From: Octopus sinensis
Taxonomy: Eukaryota
DNA: 64,000 bases
Direction: 5' to 3'
Assembly: GCF_006345805.1 (NCBI RefSeq)
Contig: NC_042997.1
Coordinates: forward strand, 124,186,001-124,250,000
The translations under genes and the position numbers were made by a program. Below, piece by piece: positions 1-14,734 of the stretch. The stretch's first letter is position 1. The number at the start of each line of letters is the position of its first letter. The notes beneath the pieces were generated by a model. That model was given only the letters and a program-made list of their open reading frames with translations, did not search any database and had not been told where the DNA came from.

Positions 1-520
1 ATTGTCTTATTTCACCAGATTTTTCGATGAACTTTCCAATATATTCTATTTCAAGAATATCTGACATTTAAACATAATCCAGAGCAGATACCACTAATTC
101 CCAGAAATAACTCACTTGATTAGAAAATTGTCTTTTCAGATTTTAGTAGAAAGAATATGGAATATATTGAATACAATTGATACCATAACATTAATGTATT
201 TTTCTTGTAATCGATATTGCCATACACCCACAAAAGTATTTTAAAGAATAACATCTTCTCTAAAATCTGACTTCAGTTTCAAATATACCCGACATAGCGT
301 ACATCGAGATATATATAACATGATATTAAATCATGATGAAATATGCTCAATGGCCAAGCAAACACGTGATTCTAATTCATATTTGACCTTTGTGAATATT
401 AGACTTATTGACAGAAATACAGAATACAGTATTCTGTATGTATCATCAATTCTAAAGGAAGAGTCAAAGGCTTGCTCTTCATATATTTATCTAATCACTT
501 CTCTCCACCCAAACACATAT

Positions 521-722
521 TTATTCTTTTATTCTTTTACATGTTTCAGTCATTTGAATGTGGCCATGCTGGAGCACAACCTTAAGGGGTTTCAGTGGAA
601 GAAATCGAGGCCAAGACTTATTCTTCGTAAGTCTAGTACTTATTCTAGATTATCGTAACCATTAAGTTATGGAGACGCAAATACACCAACATCGGTTATC
701 AAGCAACAGTGAGGGGGACAAA
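521..722 (-). mobile_element. tRNA-derived SINE family A, 3' half only
   Basis: TGTTTCAGTCATTTGAATGTGGCCATGCTGGAGCAC...AGTACTTATTC...CATCGGTTATCAAGC matches the reverse complement of the 3' half of the full copy at 23585-23983, including the (TCTTTTAT)-type tail. Confidence 0.85.
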
Positions 723-779
723 TTCTTGAAGAGCAGGCATCTAATTTGTTGATATATTTGTTGTTATAAAAATACTGGA

Positions 780-1060
780 ACTAGAAGCCATTATATTGTA
801 ATAAACGTACGGCCCACCCTGCCTAAATTGAGGATCATGTATTGCAATAGTTTAGGATGGAAAAGTCGACAGTTCTTATAATACCCAGGCAAAAATAATT
901 AAGAAACCTATACAATGTGAACATAAATGTTTTCAAAAGAGAGTTAAACATTCATTTCTCTTCACTAGCGGACGAACTCATGGCTCAGCAACAGTCAAGG
1001 GATATTTCATATACAGGAGGGGCGGTATGAAATCCCAACAATATGACGAAATCAGCCATT
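780..1060 (+). mobile_element. Degenerate 3' end of a CR1/L2-group LINE
   Basis: Translation near 917-1000 gives VNINVFKRELNIHFSSLADEL, resembling the FKxxLDxFLxxIPDEP C-terminus also seen at ~49965. Confidence 0.35.
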
Positions 1061-1139
1061 AAAAAAAACGATATGTAAAAGTGCAAAACACGGGGGTGCT
1101 TAGTATATATCTACATTTTTCAAAATGTGACCTCGTGTG

Positions 1140-1330
1140 TACCGTTGGCGATTTTTTTTCCTCTGTCTCCCCTTCTCTAGATCTTTTCTTCTTCTATGTT
1201 TCCGACGAAGAGCTCCGCTCGAAACGTTAACCCCTCCTTCTTTCCTTCTTTCCTGAGCGTCCAATAATACTATATTTGTTCCACGTCCTCACGTTGTTGT
1301 GTTTTTTTGTGCTTTCTTGTTTGGATTAAC
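1140..1330 (+). mobile_element. Penelope-like element terminal-repeat fragment with minimal hammerhead-like motif
   Basis: GTTT-CCGACGA-A-GAGC-TCC-GCTC-GAAAC-GTT-AACC at 1198-1232. CTGANGA...CGAAAC is the typical Penelope terminal-repeat/hammerhead signature. Confidence 0.55.
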
Positions 1331-1433
1331 TTTAACTACGTATATATATATATCTAAATCTATCTGTCTGTGTATCTATCTTTTTATCTCTATACATATA
1401 TATGTGTGTGTGTATGTATGCATATGTGTACAG

Positions 1434-1499
<66 letters not shown>

Positions 1500-1851
1500 A
1501 TACCTACATATCTATACAGAGATGAAGGGTGCGATTAAAATGTTAAGTTAACGTCATATGGCTGATATTTAGCCGTAACTACTTTCACAAAGAAATACTG
1601 ATATTCCAGTAAAAACGAATATGTGAAAGTCGTTCTTGGTTATTTAAAGAATATTTTATTTGTCATTTTATCCAGAATACCATTGCATAAAATCAAAATA
1701 TATTCAAATTTAAATTGCACAATATACAGTATAGTTTAGATAAAGCAGCATAAAATTGATTGTATAATCCAAATTATAATGGATATTTTCTTCCGAATAA
1801 TATCTACTCATACATGGCTCATATATGTGGAAAAAATTGAATATGAAACAG

Positions 1852-3105
<1,254 letters not shown>

Positions 3106-6100
3106 GAAATTGTAAGTCATCATCCGGAAAAAAGCAAGGAGTCTATTAATTACAGAGAGGGCGCTCTGGCTATATGTTATATATAAACAGACATATGCCA
3201 TTCTTGTTATTTTTCTGTTTTCCCATTCTCTTTAATGCCGCGAGCACATTTAACAGATGTCACACATGCTTTTGCATCACAAAGAAAAGTTTAGATTTGT
3301 AAATAATTCATTTCTAAATTAATGTAACTGTTTTTTGCGTGTGTTGTTTTTGTTTTGTTTCGTTCTTTTCAATGTTTGTTAAAATGTATTTCATATTCAT
3401 GTCTTGAAGTATTAAATCTTAGCAATTTTTTAAATCTTCACATGGTTAGCAAACTACATTGATATAAAGCACTATATGTCTAGATAACTTATTTTAAGTT
3501 ACATCTGTATCAGAGAACATTGAAAAGAAATATAAAATCGATTTTCTAAATAATAATAATCAATATTTTATTCAGAATTTACGTAGAGAATGTCTTTTCA
3601 TTGAGTTCCTTTCTTTCCCGTTGCTTTTCCTTTCTTTTTTTATTTTAGTTTCTTCAACATATTTGGAATATGTTCAAATACCATTGCTATAGATGCATCA
3701 TCGATTTTCTTAAAGATATCACAATACACTTGAAATGAATTGTTATCACGGTACAATATCGATCTTATCGCTCGATACATTTCATTGATTACGATATTGT
3801 CTTTCAATATTTCGTTTAAAAGATGGGTAATATATTAAGTTTATAAATGTCTCTGCATTCTTTTTTTTTCTCTGAATGTAATAGGGAGAACTCATTTTGG
3901 CCTGTGGCGTGCAGTGCTATTAATTTTGCCATAAAGTTTTATTCTGCATACTGATATAAAAATAGACGTTTACTTGGAAAAATATTTTTTCTTATATGTA
4001 GCCTTGTATCAATATATCAGCTAAGACTGAAGAAATATGCCAATGGAATATTTCAGAAAATCTTTTCATACAAAAGGAATCTTATCACTTTGTTATAGAT
4101 AAAATATTACTGGAATGTAAAGAAAAGGGAAGCATCTCTGCATGATAGCACTGAGAGTGTTAGAAATATAATTCTACAATTACAAATACAAATTTATACG
4201 CAGAAAATTAAACATTATTAAGCTAGTAAACAACATGCCCGATGTGAATATATTTTTGTCATCATGCAATGAGAAAAAAGATTCAAGTGTTCATACATTC
4301 AACAGGCCACACATAATTGAACCATGAAATTAATACCATCTAGTTAAAAGAAGTATATATTTTTACATATAGATATATACTGATAGAGAAGAAATAAATT
4401 ATGTTGCTTCGGATGATATTTATCTAATAGAAATCATCATCCCAAACTTTAATATACGGAAGTGTATATGAATTCTAAAATCAAGCAAACCATATATAAA
4501 GGATCCAATCACTGCCTTACTGAGTGGACACGTAAAACAGGGATTATCGTTCATCCTGTCTACACATTTAAAAGTTGCAGTAAATCGACAAAATAGATAG
4601 TTAGAACACCGGAGAAACTTAAAGTCACAGCCGCCAACTGTGTGTTTGTTTGTGCATTTATATATATATACGATTATTCATGTATATATGTTGTCATATA
4701 CGTACATATATATATACTTGAGTATATAGATTTATATATAAGTCTATGCAATAATGTTTATTTATATACCTACACATATATAATATATATATGAATGTAT
4801 ATATATGCATACATTTATACATATAATATATATGTATTTACTATATTATGTGTATATATATTATATAATGTTATATGATGTACATATATATATATATCAT
4901 GTCATATTTTATGATGTATATATATCATGCTATATTATATGATGTATGATATATATATATATTGACTGTTTATACACGCTAACTTTATCTGTCATAGAGT
5001 TGAAGTGTATTTGATAATAGCGATATCTTCGGCAATATATACAAAAGATTAAAATGCATGGATACATATTGAATCCTCTTTTTATTTTCCGTTAAATAAT
5101 ATATATTAGCATTTATTTTTCCTACTGACATCTAAATTTATAATGCATATATTTCAATATTATCGATTACAGATTATAACAAATTTATATATGTCCCTTT
5201 CAGAGAGAGACATACATGTTGATATAAAATAAATTATTTAAGCTTGATAAATCCTTGATATAACTGGTTTTGCCACAATGAAACTTTATTAGAAAATTTG
5301 TTTATATTTTTTATTTCATTCTCATAAGGTTGTTTTGCACGGGTTGCAAGCTGACCTTCAATGTAGCAACATTTTGTATTACTAGAATATTATTTTAGCA
5401 CAAATATTCCTGGAATTCGAATTCAGTGACTTTTCAGTTAATGGTCTAAAAGGAAATTCAATCCAAAAAGAAAAATGTTTAATGAAGCTAAAGGAAAGAA
5501 AAGGAAAGAAAACATGTCTCTGGCTTGTAGCTTACACTGAATATTTTAAATGTAATTATTTTCTAGCATTTTCTTGCTTCAGAAAAATCACAATTCACAC
5601 GAGATAGTATAAGAATTGTATATCCATCTTTTCTTTCGTTTCTTTTTTCTTTTGTACATGATTATTCTTGTGCGACTTAGTCATACTTTTTATAGCTTTC
5701 CTAAAGTTCATTCGTTTTTTTCTTGTGTTTTTTTCCAGTAGAACACAATATAAAGGAAGCTGTATCATTGCGATCGATCACATTTAGATTTCAATGATAT
5801 TTCTTTCAAATTCTCAACTTTCTTCTAATTGGAGTAGACACGAAATAAGAAAGTTTGAATACACAATTTTACAACGCTTCTTATTCAGAACGACTGATAT
5901 GTTATGTCCTCAAGGACATAACATATCGTTTATTGCACATTATTTCTCTTCCGAAATTGAAGCGCCTCTTAAATATTTACATACTCATCAAATACGTATC
6001 ATTATTGTTGCATTTCCACCATAATTACCTGTCTACACTGTTTAACCTCTAAGCCATACTAAAGAAGAATTTTCATAGACAGGGCCGAAAATTTATTCCC

Positions 6101-7469
6101 CAATGCTGACTACTTATTCAAGCGTAAGTTTGTAGAAGCTTTCAGATACTGGAGCGAAATGATATAAACAAACTCATAAGTGTCGTGAATATTGGTGTAA
6201 AATCTTTTGTTATGATGCAAATACATATAGAAATTTATTTAGTTTATTCCCACTTGACCAACTACCAGAGTGTGTTATATTAAACAAGATTATGTGGTAA
6301 CATATGCATACCGAGATGGTTGGCTGAAATTCAAGTTTTTTCCCATCAGATTGACACTGATACAGATATTGAAGAGTACAGATATTGGACAGTAGTGTGT
6401 GCTCAATATATTCGTGTCCTACATCGGAGCACATGTAAATGGTATACTCCCAATGGTATATATATAGTTAATTATACATATAAGTTTTTATATTACATGA
6501 TCTATGTCAATATACAATAAAAAAATTACTTCGAAATTATTTTACTCTTATTGTATAGATAATGTCTCATATATTGAAAAATATAGATACGCATTCTGAA
6601 GATGACATCCAAATAAGAGACGCTCACAGAGCTCTCACCACATTTAACTTTGACTGATGTCGTCTGAAATGCACGTGACAAACGCAAGAATATTTCGAAA
6701 AGCATAACGCTAATTCTCCACCATTCTGTTATTAAAGGATTTTTTAAAAACTGTTATTAAATAAAGAATTCATATCGATAATATATTTAAACAACAAAAA
6801 TACGTGATTTGCATAGAATGTACCCCAATTAAACAATTGCGATTTCAACATTAAAGATCTATAAAGCTTGTTAATAATGAGTATAGGTTTTTTTTCTTTT
6901 TTTTTGTGATAACCGAGATTAGTTTAATACGTAGATTCATGAACAATTGTGAATAAATACATTGTAAACCTCCATTTCTTTTTGCAAACATTGTCTTACC
7001 ATGTCTAGGGAACATTATGCTTAAATATCCAATTATTACTTATTTGTTTCGATGTACATTAAACACTTGATCCCAAAATTGAAATAGACAGCAATAATGA
7101 AAAAAGAAAAGGTATTTCGGAACAGAACGCCATTTTTACAGTAAAATAATCCTATAATAAATCAAGCTGGAAATAATGAGGCATTACTTTGGCACGATAA
7201 GAAGAATTCACTTTGGTTTAGTTCTTTATACGTTACAACTACCAACAAGATAACGTATTGATCACAGCTTATCAGATGCGGTTATTTGCGATAAAACCAG
7301 CTCATAGAATGTATTTGTAGCGACGTGGGTAATTTATATTTTATTTATTTATTTTTGCATAAGCAAATAATAAAGATTATTTCTTCTGAGTACATAGCCT
7401 GCAATAAACTTGCGCTACAAGCAAAGTGGATATGTTGAATCATCTGCATATCAACCAAGAATAACAATG

Positions 7470-7808
7470 CTTTTAGAAATGCTGGAGTGTGGGAATTGTG
7501 TCTCTTACATAATGCAACGAGATATGATAAGACGCAGTTACCCAGTTAAAAATCAGAGTATTAATTTCGCCTGTAGATTGGCATATTTTGGTCATATTAT
7601 GCGGAGAAAGTCCCTGGAGAATGACATCATGCTCGGAATGGTCAGTGGCAAGAGAGGAAGAGGCCGACCAAGAACCCGATGACTTGACACCATCAAGAGT
7701 GACACGGGAATGGCTATAGCCAATCTGAAAGAAGCGACCCAGGGTAGAACTGGCTGGGGAACGCTGATCCATCGAATAATCGAGAGTCGACTTCGACTGA
7801 GCGGATAG
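7470..7808 (+). mobile_element. RTE-clade (BovB-like) LINE, 5'-truncated 3' end
   Basis: LAYFGHIMRRKSLENDIMLGMVSGKRGRGRPRTR*LDTIKSDTGMAIANLKEATQGRTGWGTLIHRIIESRLRLSG* is the typical RTE ORF C-terminus. An in-frame TGA at 7680 replaces the conserved Trp. Confidence 0.9.
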
Positions 7809-8556
7809 AGAGAAAGATAGATATTAGCATTATATTCTTGTTGTTATTTTTACTATTAGAACATAGAAAAAAACATTCACAAAAAGAATATCAAAAGCTA
7901 ATATCGATGTAGGTACAAAGATACCTATGTGTTACGGATAAGTTAATACCATCTACCACACAAGTTTGTTATATACGTTGAAGTGAGGAAAAAGTTCATC
8001 TCGAAGGAATTTGAACCCAGATCGTGAAAAACTGAATCACATAATGCAAAGTATTTCTTCCAAAGCTTAATGTAACATCCGAACAATAATAATGTTTTAA
8101 AAATCTTTTTTTGTTTTCAAACCTAGATAATAATTCCCACCACACAAGACCTAGCATGCAAAGGAGGTTTGTAGTCCATTATTATATCAAGCCTGATAAA
8201 CTACTTATACTTTATTCTATTGCTTCTACAAAGAAGGAAATTTAAAGCGCAGATGATATCGCCATATCTTGAAATCAACGTAAACAGCCAAAACAAATAG
8301 CGCATTGCTTTTGCTACGATGCTCCAAAGATTCTTTCAATCTCTAATATTAACAATAATATTAATGACTAATTCTAACGATTCGACATATTTTGGCAGGT
8401 TTTGTCGAAAATACGATCCAGTGCTTATTCAAAAGTTTATTTTAACAACGCCAAAACTATGGAAGTCAAGTTTGGATTTCAACTTCCAAATTAAAATTCG
8501 AATTAAATACTGCGTGGTAGATTGCCCAATACTCAAATGATGATGCTAATCCACCA

Positions 8557-8570
8557 TGTTATTATTATTG

Positions 8571-8618
<48 letters not shown>

Positions 8619-8635
8619 TTTATTTTTATTTTTAT
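8557..8635. repeat. (ATT)n microsatellite
   Basis: Direct reading; abuts the 3' end of the R4/Dong relic. Confidence 0.95.
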
Positions 8636-8639
8636 TTAA

Positions 8640-9200
8640 GACGTTGCACAGTATCCTATATCAGGATGTTGCTGATTAAAGATATTGTGTGTACCGGGGG
8701 TTGTACTATCTGTCAAGTCATAAGGAGCTCAAACAGACAGTACTTTACGCAATATGCGTGCACTTCCAAGTAACGCCAATTTTTCCAATACACCTAGATT
8801 GGTGGCGCATTTTTGAAGTATCCAGATGTTTTTTCAGGTTGGATGGTATTGAACCAATTGCTCCGATGACAATAGGGACAACCTTTATGATTGACTCTCG
8901 TAGCTGCTAAATCTTAACGATCTGAATTCGTAGGTCCCGATATTTATTAATATTTTCTGTTTCTTTCACGATAATATGTCACGTCGATTATTAGATACAC
9001 TCGTTCCTTCCTCCTAAAGGTAACTACATGCGGCCTTCAGTGCTCTAACACATTGTCTGTCTCGAAGTCAAAGCCCCAGAGGATTTTTGCTTTCTTTAAG
9101 CCCATTACCTTTTCTGGTCTATGTTGGTATCAAACACCTATTAACTAGTATTCATACATCCGGCATAGTAGCCAGTAAAGGTGTTGGGTTATCTTATTGT
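8640..9200 (-). mobile_element. R4/Dong-type (RLE) non-LTR retrotransposon, decayed 3' end
   Basis: Minus-strand peptides KILWGFDFETDNVLEH*RPHVV and KYRDLRIQI...IKVVPIVIGAIGSIPSNLKKHL...LALLGSARILRKVL match the restriction-like endonuclease domain and C-terminus. Confidence 0.85.
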
Positions 9201-11671
9201 GTCTGGGCTTGTACTCTTTCTGCGCAAGACTTTCCCAGGTACTAATGCGTACAACCATTGCAAATAGGCAGAGCGAGCTCACTCCTCGACGTATTCAGAA
9301 GCAAAGAGCTGGTGTATTTACATATATGGCGTCTTTAACAGTACAGTGCAAATGTATGGACCTACCAGATTACCCAGACGGTCCAATGTACCACCATGAA
9401 ATCATCCATTTAAATAAAAAACGATGAGGAAATAATGTTTTATACAGTATCGTAAGAAAATACTGGTCGATATCAAAGCAACGAAAGCACTGAGAAATAT
9501 GCTATCCAACAAAAAAGGCTCATGCATGATGTTTAGTTTACATTCGACCAAGCCCCTAAAATCATAAAATCATCCAAGCCGCCACGTTCAATACAAATGT
9601 AGAATATCTGCGTATACTGAATCTACATTAAATTAAAATATAATCTTTTGGAAAATAGAGTTAATCACTTAATAAATTGATATAGTATGGAGTATTTTGA
9701 TTGGGGTCAACACAACAAGCATTGGTACGGATGTCCCAATGGAAAACAATTTGCCTATCATTAAGTATTTACATAATCATAGAGAATATGAGTTTCGATA
9801 GAAATATCAATGATATTATGAAGAGCAATAATCTCAATAGAAATTTATATCAATAGAAATCGCTACAATTTTGTGAAGAGTGACGTCTTCTAAGATATGT
9901 ATAGCATCACAAAGATACATAAAATACAGTGATTCTCCGTGTATTTTTGTAAATTTTGTTGCTATATATTGATTAGTAATCATTATATCACGTAAAATGG
10001 ATTGTCTTCATGAATACCATATATAAAGACTTTATATTTTTGCTTGCATTCCGATATATTTTATATATCAATGGTGTGTGCTGAGTTTTTGTTCGTGTAA
10101 CGGCATACTCTACTCAGAATCAACAGCATATTAAATCTCTATATTGAGCCTCTATGAGCGTTCATGACCATATTGTCAGTGTGTTGTGCTCACAATATTA
10201 AGGTCGAGAGTTCGATTCTTACACACGTGTTTCCGATTCACGCAACTGAAATATGAGTGCCAGCCCAGTACTAATTCAGTCATTTCTCACTCCAGCTATA
10301 CTTTGAATTTTCAATATTGAACTGAAAATTGCGTCAGTGATTTTTATCTAAGCCTGTTCGTGGCTAAATAGTTATTCATAATAAAAAAAAAAGAAAAGGA
10401 CGCATAATACACGCTATTAAGTCATACTTGCCTTCGAGTGACAGACTTAGTTTGACGAGACTCAAAATAAGAATACATAATGTGAATTAAATTAAATTAT
10501 CCAATATTAATTATGACAAGAGAAATAATAAAGATTAATGTAGCTTCTTCGCTCTTAGTATTATATTATTTTGATAGACAATGTTAAAGATATTAATGTG
10601 GAGGCATATTATTTCTACTATAACTTTTTCAATTAATTTCTGTTTTGTAATTTTTAAGATGCCATTCAAACAGCGTAGAAAAAATCTACTACTATGATGT
10701 CGGTAGAATACTGGTATTATTTTATCGACATATAATTTATTCGATTCAGTTAATGGGTGACATCAGACTATTGGGTTGGTGCATAATTATTGCGGGTTTT
10801 TTTTCCAAGAAAACCAATAATAATATTTAATAAAAAAAAAAAAACCTCTTTAAAACACAGTCTGCCAAGAAAATGGGAAGCAGTAATTGACGTAGATAGT
10901 GAACATGCTACGGAAAAATCATTTAAATATGTTTTTGTTACGTGTTGTTACTGCTTTTGTAGAATAAAATTTGTTGAAAAAAATCCGCAATAATTATGCA
11001 CCAACCAAATACATATGCTAAAATAGCTATAATTTGTTAGAAGAAACTATTCTACAGAATTTCAATGAAAAGTTAGAAACCCATGAACTTCCTAGGTTAT
11101 CTCATACTATAAGGAAATACGAAATATAATACGTATATGATCGGTTGCAGCTAACCCTATCATCGTTCCATGCAAAAGATCCCAGCTGGAAATGTGTGAT
11201 CATGTATAAACTAATAGTAACGAGGATAAACCCCAATACATATACTGGAGTAATATAAAAATATAACTACATATATATCTTATCCTACCACGCTGTTCTC
11301 TATAAAGAAGTGTAAGAGTATTCTCCATCCGTTTCAATGAGGAATATTACAGGTTTACATCATTGAATTGTTGTATAACTACATGATTACGTAGGGATAC
11401 TAGCGCCTTTAACGTAATTCCCTGGTAAAGACACCGTGACACAATAGCAAATAAAGTATAATTTTCAGATCAGAGGTGCAATTCATTCGACGCCCTTCCG
11501 CAATACTGACATTCACTCAAAAATTTTCCAATGTACCATGCAGAGGATCACAAATTGTATTTCATCCTTATTGCGAAGTTACCTTCTTAACGATTCGGTC
11601 ATACCTGCGCCTATGTATATGTGTATGCATGTCTTTATAGGCATCTGTATATATATATATAGATAGAGAGG

Positions 11672-11760
<89 letters not shown>
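11672..11760. repeat. (GATA)n microsatellite
   Basis: Direct reading. Confidence 0.97.
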
Positions 11761-12094
11761 TGGTGTGAGTTTATGTGCATATATACAAGGGTATATGTAA
11801 ACAGATACACATAATGATTTGCAAAACTCTAATTACTAGCTATCTTCCCTGTGATTTTTAAAGAGCTTCCAGCAGTCCCTTGTATTGTATAACTTTATGA
11901 TAACATCACACTTCTCAATTATATATTGCCTGTCATTACACCTAACAAATCGCCTAGAAGATAATGCATTTCAAGAACCTACCCAATAAGGTAAAATTAA
12001 ATCCATAATTTCAATATAGTACTCAGTGCAGAGTTCATCGTGTTTAGCAATAATAAATAGAGACATACATACAATGATAATAAATACCCTTACA

Positions 12095-12097
<3 letters not shown>

Positions 12098-12153
<56 letters not shown>

Positions 12154-12242
12154 GTGAACAGAATTAGAGATGGATATATAAATAAACGAATATATATATA
12201 TATATATATACAGATATATGTATACATTATATATGTACATAC

Positions 12243-12279
<37 letters not shown>

Positions 12280-12330
12280 CATACATACATATATATATAT
12301 ATATATGTATAAATATACATGAATGTAGAT
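12098..12330. repeat. Compound (CT)n(CA)n...(TA)n/(CATA)n microsatellite
   Basis: Direct reading. Confidence 0.9.
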
Positions 12331-13061
12331 ATAAAAGAAATGAGAGAAAGAGATACAATTCACGAGTACCAGGTAAATATATGTGTGCGTGAGAGTGGGG
12401 GTTGTGTGTGTATGTGTATGTGTGAGTGTGTGTGTGTGTATACTCACATGGCAAAATAGGTAATTTATACCCGGAGTAGATCAGAAAGAATGCAATAAGT
12501 CTAAATGTTTAAAACATTACTGTAGTGCAGCCTAAAGCACTTTGTGTTTGGATATATCTACTAATTTAAAGGGAAATAAATATTACATGCAAATTCAGAA
12601 ACGATGCAATATTTCAACCGCTAATTTTCCGCCTTATTCTATCTAACATATTCCAAAATATAAACTACGAACGAATTCATTAAGATATAACGCGTTCCAT
12701 AATATCAGATCATTATCAAATACGCTATTCCGAAATTCATTATTTGAAGTAATCAGTCATCTTTTACATACTCACTCACAAATACTCACATAGGCGTATG
12801 TGCATCTGTTTTGCACGTAAGAATGCCTGAACATGGTTATTGCTTTCTTTTAAGCTGAAAGGTTTCGAGATAGCAAGCAATGATATTTATGTTCTACATA
12901 TCTCATTTCAAACAGCTGCAGATACGTTATCTAAGTCCAATACACAGTATCTACATTAAAAGCATAATGTTTGAAATCAGCCGAGGAACAATACTTCTGG
13001 ATAATCTCACAATTTTCCTATTAAAAAGCATTTAGCTTTCAATAGCGCCAACAACATAACA

Positions 13062-13073
13062 ATATTATTATTA

Positions 13074-13153
<80 letters not shown>

Positions 13154-13209
13154 GTTATTATTATTATTACTATTATTATTATTATTATTATTATTATCAT
13201 TATTATTAT

Positions 13210-13277
<68 letters not shown>

Positions 13278-13298
13278 GTAATAATAACAACAACAACA
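13062..13298. repeat. (ATT)n followed by (AAT)n microsatellite
   Basis: About 150 bp of ATT then about 85 bp of AAT/AAC. Confidence 0.95.
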
Positions 13299-13304
13299 AT
13301 CTTT

Positions 13305-14730
13305 ATCCACGTCGATAGTTGAATGCGGATACTTCCAAGTCCACCAATGACTACTGGTATCATGTCCACTCTTGATTGTCCCGAGCCTACATAATTTCCA
13401 CTTCAATTTTTCACTGATCACATTTTCTTTTTCTTTCTCTTCCATCGCTTTGTCACCAGGAAATGTTATGCCGATTATCTGGCGCGTATATTCTTTTCTG
13501 TTCACCAGAGCAATGTCAGGTTTCTGAAACTTAATCTGATAGTCACACTGAGTCGTTGCATCCTGTAGGATTTTGCAATCTTCATTCTCAGTAACTCCCT
13601 CTAGGATTTTATCATACTACATTAGGCTATAATTTCCACAGAGCTCCCAATGGATCATTCTTGCCATATTATCATCTCAACTTTTGTATTCGTCTGGCGC
13701 CTATTTCGGGCATTCAATAAGAATGTGCCATACTGTTTCATCCATCTATCCAAACATTCTGCATCTGTTGTTCTAAGTAGTATTATCAATTCGTCACTTC
13801 GCATACTTTGCCTTCGATGCTTCTTATTGCATATCAGTGCTTCTGTTTCTATTATCAGATCATTTCTCTGCATCCATGACCATCGACCTCCTGTATCTGT
13901 CTTATCGTTCTTAGCTCTTGGAAAGTGACCGTACATTTTTTCTTTCCATGCCATTTCTTATTTCATGTGTTCTCCTCTATAAATTCCTCTTTCTTAACAC
14001 AATTATCAATTTCGATTATGCCAGACTTCATCACGTGTATCGACAACGCTTCCACGGTACTTTCTATACACTGTACTAAGCTGTTTTCCTCTACTTCAAC
14101 ACAATCCTGTCAACCGATAAAGCCTCTCTCACCATTTCAACCTATCAGCGTCACTCTTGTGATAGAACGCTCCGTGCACTGTCAATAGTTTCCGTGTCTT
14201 CGTATCCATACTCAACAGTTCTTTCTTTGCCAGTTTATGATTCCAGCACTATAATGAGGTGATGCTATTGCCCATGCTTTTACTTCTTGGATTTTATTCC
14301 ATCCTGTCAATTTTGAGCGCAGCACTAATTTTACTCTTCGGAAACATTATTTCCGCAAATCATCTTTCACTTCACTCATTGAAATGTTGTATGCTTACGT
14401 ATGTATAGTCTTATGTTTAATTCGTTTCATCACTTCTCTATGTGATTATTCTATTCCTGCCAAGGAATGAAGCTTGCCTCGTTTCAGGCACTTCATTCCG
14501 CACTTCCTGAGTTGGAATTCCATCTTAACATCAGCACTAAAGCGGTGGACCATATTCACCAAGGAATATTCCATACATATCCAAATCATCCATGAAGAGG
14601 ACATGGTTCATTATTTGTGTTTTTCCCTTTAACTATTATCCCAGTACCAATGTCAGAGTGATTATGCAAAAGTACTGAAAGCAATGGAGATAAGCTATCT
14701 CCTTGGAAAATCACTCTCCTGATGTCCAAG
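13305..14730 (-). mobile_element. R4/Dong-type retrotransposon relic (RT C-terminal part, zinc knuckle, RLE)
   Basis: Minus strand: GVIFQGDSLSP (~14690-14722), NHVLFMDDL (~14581-14609), WKEKMYGHF...WSWMQRNDLIIETEALI (ORF 13655-13954), DMIPVVIGGLGSI (ORF ending 13369). Many stops and frameshifts. Confidence 0.9.
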
Positions 14731-14734
14731 ATGC

